DNA of 64,000 nucleotides. Origin: Nymphaea colorata (Eukaryota). Of this stretch, positions 37,901-52,042 are shown one piece after another. The translations under genes were made by a program, and so were the position numbers. The stretch lies in assembly GCF_008831285.2 (NCBI RefSeq), contig NC_045138.2, positions 62,001-126,000 on the forward strand, given 5' to 3'. Each line of letters begins with the position of its first letter. Positions within the stretch are counted from its first letter, which is position 1. Under the pieces are notes generated by a model. The model was not told the origin of the DNA and searched no databases. It worked only from the letters and a program-made list of their open reading frames with translations.

Positions 37901-39029
37901 AGTACTCCGTGGTCAATGTCAAGTGCAAGGATAGGCCCAAGCTGGTGTTCGACACGGTTTATGCGCTCACCGAGATGAAGTGTTCTGTTTTCCATGCCTC
38001 TGTTGCCATGGACGGACCTTATGCTGTTCAGGTAATTAAGACCTCAATCCAGAAACATTCTCTTCTCTCTTCTGCTGTTCAATTTTGATATCCTACTGGT
38101 AACTATGGACATAGCTTTCTAGTTGATCGTGGGATCTTCAATTTGTTTTTCAGTTGCTAGCAGCATACTGTTGGCGAAATTCTATTAATTAAAAAAAATT
38201 GGAATCACTTTTATTGAAGATAAAAGAAAAGTATTTACTGTTACCATTGCCGCTTCTTTGAACTTTTACCAATAGCCACAGTGCTATATTATATTTTGAA
38301 ACATTAGAGGGCGGGGCGGCCAAGGTAGCGTCTCCTTTTTCTCTTCTTCATGTTATTATTTTTTCTTTTCAATATGCTAGTTAACGAATTAACAGTAGTT
38401 CGACAACTGGATTTTGACTCTGCAGGAGTATTATATCCGTCATATGGACGGCTGCACTCTCGACACAGAGGCTGCAAAGAAGCAAGTCATCAATGGCCTC
38501 GAGGCCGCCATTCTTCGCAGAGTGTCCGATGTGAGTACATATTATCACCATACTTTTAACCATAGACTAAGTTGTGCATGCACTCGAATGAATAGTCTCA
38601 TGGAGTCTATTTCTATTTCTATTTGATTGCGCATCATGTGCAAAGGGACCGCAACCATCTTTCATAACCATATGCAGTTTTTTGGTGGCATTTGCATAGT
38701 GTGTGAGCCTGGAACTAAGTGGTAGAGATCGAATCGGGCTGTTGTCGGAGGTGACTCGAGTTCTGCGCGAAAACGGCCTGTCGGTAATGCGAGCCAAGGT
38801 GACAACAGGAGGGGGCAAAGCTGTGAACGTCTTCTATGTCCAAGACACATCAGGGAACCCTGTGGACATGAAGACCATTGAATCTCTGCGCAGGGAGATG
38901 GGGCAGAACATGATGTTCAATGTTAAGTCTGCTTCAGACTCAGATAGGCCTCAGCAACCTGTGCGAACTACCAAATTCAGCTTCTCTTTCGGATGTATCC
39001 TTGAGAAACTTCTGAGCATAATGTACTAG
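31921..39029 (+). CDS. ACR3: ACT domain repeat (ACR) protein, ACR3-like, 437 aa
   Basis: GT-AG exons 31921-31991, 32313-32358, 35411-35525, 36600-36667, 37453-38031, 38426-38530 and 38700-39029 join in frame (1314 nt): [90 protein letters not shown], i.e. four ACT domains. The paralogue name is by resemblance only. Confidence 0.93.
33456..33727. mobile_element. Tourist-like MITE in ACR intron
   Basis: Ends GGGCGTGTTTGGG / CCCAACACTCCC. Confidence 0.5.
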
Positions 39030-39186
39030 AAAGTTGCTTGCAATGCCGCAAATGTGTATATAACAGTTTCCTTAGTTTGAAATGCATATTTATATCCATA
39101 CTAGCGTTTCTTATTAAACGTGTTAATGCCCTTTTTCTCTCTCTCTCTTTCTCGCTCTCTCGAAGCAGGGGGCCAGCCTCTCCCTC

Positions 39187-42100
39187 TGTTAGTATCCGAC
39201 CAGTTGCGACCAGAAAGTCCGAACCAATCTAGAATCCTTGTTTCCAAGACCTATCTAGAATCCTTGTTTCCAAGACCTACTTGAGGACAATCTAAAAACC
39301 AAAATCCTAAACAAATTAAATACAATTGTCTACCCGGCCGGATAGGACCCTGGCACAAAACCCAATAGGACGAGTAGTACAGGAAAGGTATATCCCAAAA
39401 ACCTATCTAGGCCGATCCTACTACAAAATAGCTAAGGGGGTGCGAGGCCAGTACAAGCGCGGAGTGACACAATCAAGCACTCACAACTTACTCAACCAAC
39501 CACACAAACCACAAGCTAACGAACAAACCACACCCATTTCCAATATGTAGGCTAAGCCCTTTTGTGGTCGTGTCTTTGGCACTTGTGCCTCCGAGGTACT
39601 ACAAGCAAGAGCAATGGCCGTAGCCGGGCTAAAGCAAAAATTGGAAGCAAACAATATGAAAACTACCACCCACAGATTACAAGGGGGATTAGAAGTGATA
39701 CCGGCCAAGGCTTGCTTGGCTTATCCGTGAAGAGGGACCACGGGGAGAAATCCGGACCCTGGGTATTGCAACAACGGTACTAGAAGACCACTTGAGGAGA
39801 CCCTCCATGAAAGTGCTGCGGAAACGACTGCCGCGTGCAGTCGGGCTATGTGCGGGAAGCCTAGGTAGCCCATCGCTCGGGCTAAGGAGGGCCTAGGACA
39901 ACCGGGCCTTCGCAGCTGCCTGGTGCCGAAAGGTGCTGACGGGCTCGGGTTAGGCCAGCCTCTTGCTGCCTAAGGGAACCCGAGGATGCCGAGGAAGGAT
40001 GGAGAGGACAGCCGCCTGCTGTCCAAGGTGGCTTGGCCACGTAAGGGAAGTGTACCGCCGGTGAGGATGAACGCCGGCCATGGGGTTCAACTAGTCCAGC
40101 TTCGTGTTGCTGACTTAGCCAACCAGAAGACCTAATTCCTAACCAAGACTAGGTGGGCTTGGTCCGGATGGGCATGGGTAGGCTTGGACTTAATGAGGTG
40201 AGGTTAGGGTTCGGGTAGGCCAAGGGGAGAAGGACTAGGTGAAGGCGAGGGTCAAAGAGGCTAAGGAATGAACACGGGTAAGTGAGGCCTAGGTATGTGC
40301 TAAAGGTTTGGGTAGGTCAAGTTGACCAAGACATGGATCGGGTTTGATTAGGCTTAGTGGGCTCGGTTGACTAGGGTTTAGGGTAGAGTCAAGGGAGAGA
40401 CTCGGTTGAAGGGACCCACTTGCTAAGCGAGTGGCTTCTAGGGTTTGCTAAGGAGAAAGTGGGGAAGGACGGCAGCGGCAATGGAGTTGCCAATTTCGGA
40501 TAAGGGGTCGTGCGGGTAGGAGGTTTCCTAAAATGGTGGCTTAGGCAGTGCGCGAGGTCTCCTACGGTTTCGGGTAAGGACTAGGCTGGTGTTGCCTAGA
40601 ATAGGCTGCACCGTGGATGAGTGACACCTGGCCCGAATGAATGGCCAAGGAAGGAATGGCGGCTAGGGTTAGCTAGTGCCAAGGGAGGTGGGCCGCACCT
40701 TCCTATTTGGTAGGAGAGGAGATTTGCGGCTGATTCTTGTGGATTTGGCAAAGAGACCAACGAGGAAAGGTGAGATCTCTTCCTCCTCACGATGGTGACA
40801 CGTGGGTATGATGGACAACTAAGGGAGAGTGCGGTTTGGGAAAGCGGATTAGGCCAAGGGACGAGGGCGAGGAAATAGGAAAGGGTGAGGCCTTGCGGTA
40901 GAGGTTTCCACAAATGGCGCAAGGGGGAAAACGAGTGAATGCCGCGTGGAGGATGCATGGACTTGGGACTGAGGTGGCGTGGGACCGAGGTGATGACGTG
41001 GAGGTGGGAGCTGCGGATGGTGGACACGTGGATAGGTTAAGGGCTGAGATGGGCTGCAGATTAGGGTTAGCTAGGAAAAAAGGGCACGAGGAAGGAAAGA
41101 AGGGGCAGCGTGAGGTCAACTTCCAAAAATGTAGGAAGCAATGGGATCAAGGGGATTTAGCTGCTGGGACCAATGGGGCAGGTAAAGACAGGTGGCTGAC
41201 GTGAAAATGGAAGGGGCTCGGATGGAAGACACGTGGAGACTTGAAGGGCTGAGATGGAACCCAATGAGGAAATGTAGGGACTTACCGGATTTGAAGCCGG
41301 CGGCCAAGGAGCGCACGTTTGAACACCGGCGGCTAGGGTTTGCGCCCTTGTGCGATCTTCCAAGCTAATGACCAGAATACCATCATGTTATAACTTGATT
41401 CTTCAATGCTTCCAAGGGCAGATCTGTCCTATTGACGGGGAATTGCAGCGGTCACCAGAATTTGGGATTCCGGCCGTGGATTGAACTTTGCCTAGAAGGC
41501 TCGGATCTTCACCAAACTTGGTCGAAATGAAGCTCTTGAATAGACGATCCTTCTTCAATACTTTTCTTCACTACATCACGCCTTAATCCACCACTTTCTT
41601 AATGATCTTTACTTTTGTTTTTGCTAGTGGAATCAATCTTGAAGCTGTGGCTTTCTTAATGAGTTTTCTTGCAATCTAGTCGTGCGATTTCTTCCAATTT
41701 CGAGGGGCAAGAACCGTGAGATACTTAGATGAATCTAAGACTTGTAAGAGAGGGTCTAGGGGCAATTTTCACCGCTGAATTCCAGATTTAACTCACGGGG
41801 GATGCACTGTGGATTAGGCCTAGGCTGAGGGTCAAATTCTTCGCTAGGACACACCCAACAAGTTACTTAGTTTCAAATAATAATCCTAAAGTACTAACCG
41901 TTTTCTTGAGTCAATATTGAAGTCGATTGAGGGAGCAATCTTCTTCAATCTTCCCGGATGTAGATCAGCCTCTCAACCTTCGTGTGATTTGAAGGAAGGC
42001 ACCGAATCTGACTAGCTTCTTCGTGGGGTAACTTCGAGGTCCAAGGAGCCGCAATGCGCCAGAGCTTTCATGGTTCCAAGTACCGTTGTCCTTAGGCCGA

Positions 42101-42948
42101 GAGGTTGAGGAGAGAAAGAAACCAAAAAAGGAGGAGGACCTGGCCTTCGGTTGGAGAGGATGATGGAGATGCCGGTTTCACCAAAGGAGATCGGGTAGAG
42201 GAGAAGGCGCCACACAAGGAAGGGGACGCAAGGGGGAGAAGGGAAGACACCACCGCGGGAGAGGGGAAGTGCGTGAGGGGAGAGAAGGAGAGCACGAGAG
42301 GAGAGAGAATGAAAACTCATAAATGAATTCTATTATAAAAATTGCATAGTTTACAAAGAGAGTTTCTTGCTTATATACAAGAGCCAATGACTCGGTTGTT
42401 AAGCACATAGAACCGATACAAATAAAGAAATCGAGACACAACCTGTCTCGTATTTACATCAATGCTTAAGCAAAGAACTAAGAAACGAAGTGCATAATCA
42501 AAAACGGGCCTAGCGCCCAACTCAAACCAAAACGCCCTTGAGCCTTTCGAGCCCAAGGTGGGGACCTCGTTCGGGTAACCACCCGAACTTCGGATTTTAG
42601 ATCCATGCTAAGTCTGGGTGACTTAGCCCATTTGCCTAGGAGCTTGGTCCTAGATCGTTTCAAGAGGCCGCGGGTCTGGACTCGCATTTGGTTTAGACCT
42701 TTCTAACTCGGTGAGTCGTACAATAAGTTTAAAGTGATCTTGAGGAATATCCTTTTGATGTTCGCACTCGAACGTTGTTGCTCCACGTACTCCTCCCACT
42801 GCAACCTGCTTGAGTGCTGACTTAACTTCCTCAGGCTTTTCCGAAACGCCCTGTCTGAGCCATCATAACCGTAGGTCCGCGTCCACGATGACTGGGTTCG
42901 GCCTGCTCTGCATCTACTGGGTTCGGACCTAGAGTATGGTCCGTAACA
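39187..42948 (-). mobile_element. solo LTR, 3762 bp, probably Ty3/gypsy
   Basis: Termini TGTTA...TAACA with perfect 5-bp TSD CCCTC (39182-39186 and 42949-42953); no internal LTR pair, PBS or pol ORF seen. Orientation inferred from minus-strand TATATAA (42371-42377) followed by a CT-rich tract. Confidence 0.88.
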
Positions 42949-42953
42949 CCCTC

Positions 42954-45900
42954 TCGCTCTCTCTCTCCTGGCTCTCTCTCTCTCTCTCTCCTGGCTCGGT
43001 CTTGCCTCTCTCACGCTCGCATGCTTCCAGCCCCCTTCACTACCGGTCGCTCTCCCGCCGGCACTCTTCACCATCACCGCCAGTCAGTCTCCAGCCGGCG
43101 ACCTCCACCACCATTGTCATGTCCCGAAGGTAAATGCCTCTCTCTCTCTCTCCCGACATACAAGAGGGGGGGCAGCAGAGGCCATGGCCCCATCAAATTT
43201 TGGAATTGCCATAGTGAAGCAGACACTGGTTCGTCTTCTTCTTCCACCCTTGTGAGCATCCAAGAACAGTCGCCTCATCAACACGCAGCACAGGTTTTTC
43301 TCTATCTGATGAAAACACGTCGCAGCCACTAACTGTTTCTGGGGGGTTTACGCTTCTAGCTCTCCTTCCATCAACAAGGATGCATTGCAGAAACTCGCAG
43401 TTCATCTTAATGCTTGGGGCTTGGCATCAACGCTGAGGACATGGGGGGTTCCTGTTCAGTTGCCTTTCTGGCTGTCGATGTGTTTGGAGGGGAGCTTTAA
43501 AGGCAGCAGATGTTCATGTATTTGTTTGTGGAATTCGTCATGAGGTGTTGTCTTATAATGGGGTCATCGCTTTCCTTAAATCCCCTTATTTCTTTCTCCA
43601 TCCGGGGGAAGGATGGGAGTCACCTTCGCCGCCATGGCAATCATCGTTTCATTATGTTTCGAAACGTTGTTGCATTCATGCTGCTAGACCTGGTGATTGT
43701 TGTTGCTCGGCATGCGCAACCTTAAACTTTGCCATGAAATTTATTTGTTTTCATTGTGGTCGTCCTGCATCATCTCTTCGTCTTGTTGGATGTTCTTCGG
43801 CCTTGGGTGGAAACTCATATCCTTCCCGGTGTTATGATAAGAAGGAAAAAGATAAGAATAAGAGGTTCCATTCAGTCAGGTTCATATTTTCTGCCGGCCT
43901 GAATCACAGCAGAAGGCTACACAGGCGTTTCGTGTTGGAGACATTTGGGTCCCCATCAGCCCCTTGCGTGTGTCTATGGTAGACCTGCTACTTTGAGCCC
44001 TCCACTGCTACGCCGTCTGACATCGCAGTCACCTCCATTGGACAAATTCAAACCAACGGCTCATTCCACCGTCTGCCCAGCTGCCTCATGTTTGAGGAAT
44101 GAAGTGCCTAGGCAAATATTACCCCTCGCACCAAGTCAGTCCAGGCTCATACGTTCGTGCACGTCGTCTGCTGCTTTCAATTCTCTCAGGCGTCTCATTT
44201 CTCCCCCCGACTGAAGACGTTCTCTTCCCTCCTATGACGACGAACGCAACTCATTTACCTGTTAGGAGGATTGCTGCCACGCTGTCTTTTAACAGTGAGA
44301 TCATGCTAACCCAGGCGCGCGTACAATTTGATTGGAGAAACAGTGCTTTAATTTTGGCTGCTCAGTTTTTTAAGAGAGTCTCTTTATCTTCTCACCCTCG
44401 ACACCTTTTTTTGGAGACACTTCCTGTGCAGCATCATCCCATTGTTCTCTATCATCCCATTGTTCTCTGTCATCATCCCACCCCTCTTAAGATGGGGCCA
44501 ATTTTGTTTCCAAAGGCTCCAATACCGCATCATATTCACCATGCATTTCTACCTCTCCCCATTCCCTCACAAAGTTCCTTGGTCGCCCCCTCATGGATGC
44601 CATTGACTGCCTGCAAGCGTCGATTACTCATTCTCAAGTGCAATCATTAACTCTTTCACTTTTGAAACGTGTAGACAAAGCTTCAATGAATTCAAACAGT
44701 TTAAGGAGGACCAAAGAGATAGCTCGAGCTAATAGCTCTCCTCGATGTTCTTCATGTGCCAGGTGACCTCAGATTTACATGGACCATTTGCAATGAAGTG
44801 TTTGATTTGGAATATCTGGGACTCAACTCCTATAAAAAGAGATTGTTTTTGGCAAATTATATTTGATAGTTTCAACCACACTTTGCACTTTTAAAAACAA
44901 AAATGGAATGTGTTACTATGTCAACCGTGCACTCCATTTGGAGGGGTGCAAACTTCGCCTTCAAGCCCGCTATTGGAGTTGCTAAGGGTATTTTAATTCT
45001 TTAGAGTAAGAGCATTCCAATGGAAGTATTCGATATTGGGACTTTCTCCATATCTCTTCGAGCTCTGTTGTATTCTATCGATACATGGGTGATTTTCTCC
45101 TTCATCTATGGGCCAGCGACATAAACTAACTGCCACTTATTATGGGTGGATCTGTCACGCATCTTGGCATCATCAGAACTCCCCCACATCCTTGCAGGGG
45201 ACTTTAATTGTTTGCTTCATACTAGCGAGTCAAGCCAACCAGTCAACATGAACCCCACTCGTTTCAGCAATTTGTGCAACAGCATGGCCTCTGCGTACTC
45301 CCACATTTTGGTGAGGCATACACATGGTCAAACAATAGGCTGCTCCCTTGCATGAGAATTCTTGATAGAGTACTCGTCAGCCCAGATGTTTTGCAGCTCC
45401 TCCCAAACGTTACAGTGTCTTCTCATGTTCGTTCTATTTCAGACCATGGAGCCATCGTTCTCTCTTGGGGCTTTGGTTTTCTTAGAGCGAGACCCTTCAC
45501 TTATGAGTGTTGGTGGAATACCATGGCCCAGTTCAAAGATATTGTCAAGAATAGTTGGTAGAAGGTTCTTCCTTCAACTCCATTCTTGTATGAAAGAACC
45601 ACCATTAATGTTTGTAGAAAACTCAAAAGGCTCACATCTGATATCAGGTTGTGGTTGGTTGAATATAAAGTGGCCAAATTTAATAACATGAAGTCTTGGG
45701 AGCATGAGCTATTGCATTTGTCCAATGTTACTCCTCCAGCTTCTTCTAGTGAGCAATCAGACATTAGAGATAGAATCAATGAGCTTTTGCCATCTTAATT
45801 GCAGATTGGAGATCTCATGATGAGGTTCAATGTAAGCAAAGGTCGCGTGTTTCTTGGTTGGCACTGGGCAACGGCAACAATTCTTTCTTTCATCAGTCTA

Positions 45901-48240
45901 CTTCTGAAAGATATCATGTTTCTCGTATTACTTCTCTTCACATTGCAGGAATAACTTATCAACAACAGGAGCTAGTGGAGGCTGCAACCAATTTTTTTAC
46001 GCAGCTCTATGCATGGCAAGATTCCGAAATGTGCATTCTTGGTCCATCTGACTTTACTTTACCTCCCTCTCAAGCTCAAGCCTTGCAAATCCCATTTGCC
46101 CGCACAAAAATTCTTTCAGCTATTAGCGCTATGTCTAAGCTTAAGGTGCCTGGACCAGATGGCTTTATGGTTGACTTCTTTAAATGGCACTGGGATACAG
46201 TTGACGAAGAGGTATGCAATATTTTTATATAATTTCACCGGAATGCATTGCTTCCACAGGATGTGCACAAGTACTTAATTACACTTATTCCCAAGCATGG
46301 ATCAGACAACAATATTTCAAACTTTCGTCCAATCTCCATAATGGGGGCTTTAAGAAGGATCATTGCTAAGGTAATCGATGCAAGAAGTTACCACTTCTCC
46401 CTTAATTAATTTCACATGATCAGTTTGCATTTATACCGGGGAGAGACATTCATTATGCTTTTTTTTTTTGCCTCTGAGACTATACACTCTATGAACAAGT
46501 CAAAGCGCTCTTTCTTCATGCTCAAAGTAGACTTAAAAAAGGCCTTTGATTGCTTATCTTGGGCTTATTTATTGCAAGTATTGGAGTATATGAATTTTGG
46601 TAGATAGTACATCTCTTGGATCAAAGAGTTGCTTACTAAATCAAAGGCATCTCTCGTGGTCAATAAACGTCGAGGGCCCTCCTTTATACCACAACGAGGA
46701 GTTAGGCAAGGCTGCCCCTTATCTCCTGTATTGTTCAATATTGCAGTAGAAGGTTTAGCAGACTTGATTAAAAGGGCGGTCGCACGCAGGTTGCTTAACC
46801 CGATCAATGTGGATGGCCTCTCATCTAATATTATTCAGTATGCGGATGACTTGATCTTTTTTGGAGAAGCAACTCCTCAACAGATGATGGTAACATTGCT
46901 CATTATTCGTATATTCTCTATGGCATCTGGTCTTGACATTAATGAAGGTAAAACATCTATTACCTTGTTCCATGTTGATGCATACACTAAGTTTGTGGCT
47001 TCTCACATTTTTCAATGCCGAATTGTGGATCTTCCTATCGATTACTTAGGCCTTCCCCTTCAAATTCAAGCAATCAAGACACCCTCTTGGTTGCCAATCA
47101 TAAATAATATTAATAATAGACTGGCCTCTTGGAAGTTGAGATATTTGTCCTTAGCTTGTCGGGTAACCATGATCAAGCATGTCCTCTCCTCTGTGCCTTC
47201 TTATTTTATATTGGTGCTTTCCCTACCTATCAAGGTAGAGAGGGAGATCAATCGTATTCTCAAGAGATTTTTGTAGTGTGGGATAAACTTGGAGAGAAAA
47301 AAACATCTTGTGGCTTGGGAATATGTTACTCAGCCTTCTGCTCGTGGAGGTTTAGGAATCCCAGATATCAGAAAGAGAAATATTTCTCTTATTTTAAAGT
47401 GGTAGGCATTCATCCAAGACTCCAATTCAATTTGTGCAACGGCCTTGCAACACAAATACAATTTGCATAGTCTCTCTTCTCTCCTCAATAGACGAAGAGT
47501 GTCTCATTTGATGAAGTCTTGGATATCTACCTTCATTAAGTGCAATTCGAAGACGGATTTCATAGAGCATTTTTCTTCATGAGCTAGAGATGGCGAAGGG
47601 AGTTTCTCTATACATCTTGCATATAGCTTGCTTCAACCTCCCGGGAACAACTGGTTTCCTCATAATCTTCTTTGGGCTGGAGGTCCTACTCGACGATCTA
47701 AAACTCTTGCATGGCTCATTCTGTTGGACCGCATTCAGCCTCAAAATAACCTCAAAAAGTCTGGTTTTCACCTTGCGAGTAGATGCCCCCTATGTTGTTG
47801 TGCTGAAGAAACTACCACTCACCTGGTGTGGTTTTGTAGAGTGTCTCAAGATCTTTATGCGCTTACCTGGTTTATGCCTCCCATCGAAGTCACAAACATA
47901 TCTACAATCGAGACCTGATCCATGGACCAGTTAGAGTGAAAAACAAAAAGAAATGACGCACCATTTGGAGAATTTGACTGTTTACATTTTGGTGGGTCAT
48001 TTAGAACTCCAGAAATGTTATTATTTATAGAAATGGGGCGGTCTCAGTTGAACGCATGACTTCCTCCATTTTGTATGATATTTGGTTAATTTCTCGTAAC
48101 CTATGGGGAAATACTGATGCCTTCAACCTCATACAAGATTTAAGAGCTGATTTGTAGAAGTAATCTTTTTTCAAGTTCAACTTTTTGTTGGACTTATGTT
48201 AATGTTATTTTTCTTCTCTCTCTCTCCCTCTCTCTCTCTC
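42954..48240 (+). mobile_element. L1-type LINE, near full length but decayed; its 5' tip probably lies at about 39131-39186, left of the solo LTR
   Basis: ORF1 remnant with a zinc-knuckle-like CFHCGR (about 43745). ORF2 from about 44793: endonuclease (MKCLIWN, AGDFN, YTWSN, LDRVLVS, SDH), RT (PGPDGF, FRPIS, KVDLKKAFD, RGVRQGCPLSP, QYADD, YLGLP) and C-terminal CPLC..ETTTHL..C; many stops and frameshifts; ends in (CT)n. Confidence 0.93.
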
Positions 48241-51211
48241 TGTGCACCCAGGAAGTAAGCCTACCAGTGTAAAATTTCTACGATAACATTTCAGGCTTAT
48301 ATAGTCGATCCATCATAGGTTACCCTGCATGGATTCTTTGAACAAATTACTCTTAATAGCAGGATTTTGCGCTTGGATAATGAAAATGAAGCGAGACTTG
48401 CACGTGGTGCATTGGACTCAAAGTCCCTGCAAGGAATTGATGGGATCATTTTTGGCTGTCTAGTGACTTTCCTCTAGCCAACGGGATGACATATATTGGT
48501 TCTGAGGGTTGGTTGCCCCTTAACGGTTTGGTACAACAGGAGATTCAGAAGCAAATGTAAGGAGAATGTTTACCATGCCATTATTAGTTTATCTGGAAAA
48601 GGAGGAATAGCTCAAAGCAAGGGCAATTGCCCACACATACCAATAAAAATATCTTTTTTAGAAACTATTTTTTTTACATATATACATGTAAATGCTCCTC
48701 AAATATATGGTGAGTACCCCTCAACCAAATGTATATGGCTCCGCCACTGACTCAAATCATGGAGGAAAGGGAGCCCTACTGACGTGGGAGCTCATGCACA
48801 GAACTATTGCTGGGAGAACTTGGTAAAACCCAGACTCTTAGGTCAGGGATAAAAACCAGATCCGTTAATTGTTTGATAAAAAATATTTTAAATAAAATAT
48901 AAACATCTTAATATATTCACAAAAACTATTTTGATATAAAACATGCTTTGAATCAAGTTGTTTTTATAAAAAATGTTGATTTTCCTGTTACCAAAATGTT
49001 GATGCTATGATAGCCATTCATTTTTGCTTATTATAAAAACACTAATAAAACTCAAAAAACGATCAATTTAATATATATTTTGCATCAACCTATCGTTAAG
49101 ATTACATTGGTAAGGTTAGATTTAAAAGAAAAAAAAAACCTTAAATATCATATTTGAAGGGTCTAATTTTTGTCCTTGATATGGTTTCTACCAAATTCCA
49201 ATCACTCCTATCGCAGGTATGAAATTTTGCCATGGAGCAGAGCCTAAATGTTAGTAGGATGATTCGGGAATGAAATGTATTGGGTTTGCCTTGGGGAGGA
49301 GCACAATGTTTTCTGCATTCACCTCGCAGTAGCCTCCGAATGGCATTTAAACTGGGATTTCTGCTGTGGTTAGGAAACTATAATGACAGTTTTAGCTATG
49401 GAATTCCGAAATGCAAAGAATTGGATCAGTGGTTTGCTCTAGAAAATTTTGGTTGATGGGCACTAATTGACTTTTCGTTTAGGAGAATGAGTGATTGCAA
49501 AACACTGATTGTGTCGTCACTACATGCAGCTGGACCTAACTATACTAGGTTCAGATTAATCACAATGCAATATTTTAGGAGCTGGCATGAACAGTGACCC
49601 ACGCTAGACACGTAGTAACTCCGCTACTGGCTAGAGGTATTGAAGAGATGATTAGGTGCACTTGTCAGCAAATGTTACTTGATCTTCAATTTAACTGCCG
49701 CATGTCGATGAACGAAATGGCAGAAGTTACCTTCTCTCCGAAATATAAAACTACTTTCAACAAAACAAAAAAATACAGAAAAATAAGAAAATGTCTCCCC
49801 CTTGTGGACTTCAATCCTTTGTGCGTCTTATCGTCTTTGCACTAGTCTAAAATAGTAAGTAATTGTGGGCTGCCTGAAAATGGACGTCAGTAATGATCGG
49901 CAAGAGGTCTGGACCTGTTCCCTTGTGTGCTTCTTAGCTGACCTAAACCTTGAGGATTTTTAGCAAATAGAACATTTTGTGAACATGTTCTATAAATCTT
50001 TCTTATACACGATAACAGATTCAGGAACACTTAGTTTTAGTGTTTCAATGATCTGCTCTAATCTTTAAAATAGGTTCATAAAATACTTACAAAGTGTTTT
50101 AACTGCTAAAGGATCACTTAAGTTCCTATTTATAAATACTTTTTTTGCAAATACAGGCTACCAATAGTTTCATGGGGAGCAGGCTCCACTTGATACAATG
50201 CCATCGACCGTTTTATCTAAAAATCAAAATATCTTTGTTTTCACGCACACGTACAAAAAAAAAGGAAAAATAAAATTTTTAGTAGTTATAATTTTGAAAG
50301 ATCTTCATCTGACAGCTATAAGATTTTGGAAACTGTATTTAAGTCCCTATAAAATTTTGAAAATATAGTTTGTCCTTCCCAAAAAAAAATTTCTAACTCC
50401 TCTTAATGTGCTGCCAAATTTTTTCACGTTAGGTGAGCAAGGCAGATATTAAAAATCAAAATCATGGACATTTTTTTTTGCTGTAAAGAAATAATGGAAA
50501 TAATTTACGGCTTTCATGCATGCGTGCAGGACAAGTCACTAAGTAAGCATGGAGGGCGCACTTCATGTGTCAAATGGTTTTCAAGTTTCAAACACCACTT
50601 TGGGAGTACCCTCAATATGCAGTCTGGATTTAATGTAAACCCAAATAATATGACCAACTCCAAGGCCCCACCCGGCCTCGATCTTCTTTACTTCCATGCT
50701 TCATTCTTCATGGCAGAGTTCAAGTTCAGAACAATCTTAAGGTTGTGGTTGTTTCACTGTGGATCTGACATCCACGGTGAACTGAGATCTCAGATTCATA
50801 GATTTAATGTTCACTCAACCTTTAATTCATGGTTGTTAACATGTAGCATGAATTTAAAATCCATGCTACTAAGACAATAATCTGAGGATATCTCAAAACA
50901 GACTTTTCTATGCAGCCTCAGGTCCAAGTCCCCAGACTATCAAACGCAACCTGAAAAGTCCCACCTCCAGCTTGCTAGCAAATGTTGTCTTATCGCTTTC
51001 ATAAGGAAACAAAACAGCCTTACATTTGTTCTGGGCATGTCCAATTATGGAGAGGATCTTTTCCGATTGGTATCATAGCGCAACACATTCTATTCGATGT
51101 CAAATCTATTTGCATCATAGGGCCGCTCATTTGTCACGTGGCTAGCTTTTAATTTTAAGGAATTATGTTACTTTTCCTTTCTTGTATTATTGCGACTAAT
51201 ATTTTGTTGGC

Positions 51212-51451
51212 TACATTTTGGTGGGTCATTTGGAACCCTAGGAATGATATTATTTATAGGAATGAGGTGGTCTCAATTCAGTGCATGGCATTCTCCATTT
51301 TGTATGACGTCTAGTTATGGGAAAAATGATAGTATCTTCACCTTTTTTAAGAATTAAGAGCAGACTTTTAGATGTAATTTCTTTTTCTAAGTTCAACTTT
51401 TTGTTGGCCTTATGTTAATGTTATTTTCTTCTCTCTCTCTCTCTATCTCTC
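51212..51451 (+). mobile_element. 3'-terminal fragment of the same LINE family
   Basis: Matches 47983-48240 (TACATTTTGGTGGGTCATTT...AAGTTCAACTTTTTGTTGG..TATGTTAATGTTATTTT) and ends in (CT)n. Confidence 0.88.
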
Positions 51452-52042
51452 TTGTTAACACCTACAACTAGTGCCCTGCACCACCACCCCAAGGATTCAT
51501 GGCTTTTTACTAGGCTTCCTTAGCTCATTATCTGTTGATTGTGAATTTAAGAAAGAGCGGAGCAGCCATGTCTTCAAGAATGTTCCCTCCACTGTCACGG
51601 CTAATTTGAATGTAGAGCTAGGAGTTTTTTGGTCATGGGGCACTTGCACTGGTCACAAAAATTTGATGTGGGCACTGCATGTAATTTTGGAGTCACAACA
51701 ATGTAATGTTGAGACATTATAATGCGAGCTTTTAATGACTGGTGTGGGCAGTGACCCACCCCAGCCAACAAATAGCTCCGCTACTGCTTTCAACCTCTCT
51801 CAAAAGTGTTCTGCACCTTGCTCTTGGGATTGGATGCCGCATACACTCAGCTGACCATATATTTATTCCTTTCTTGCTCTTACTTTTTTTCTATTTTTCA
51901 AGCTTTTGTTTTGCTTTGCTGCTTTTGTACTGGGGAGACAGATAATTGTTACTGTGATTTCTATTATTTCGGTTCTCTCTCAATCTATATTGTTTTTCAT
52001 ATTTCCTTAGGGGAAACTGCTTTTACTGTAAAGCCCCCTAAT

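Noticed and set aside
1..39029. Amino-acid metabolism gene cluster (BCKDH E1-alpha plus ACT-domain protein)
   Set aside because: The genes are 30 kb apart with an unrelated PPR gene between; no sequence evidence of co-regulation
40596..43077. ORFs of 100-143 aa inside the solo LTR
   Set aside because: Low-complexity, GC-driven frames with no gag, protease, RT or integrase motifs
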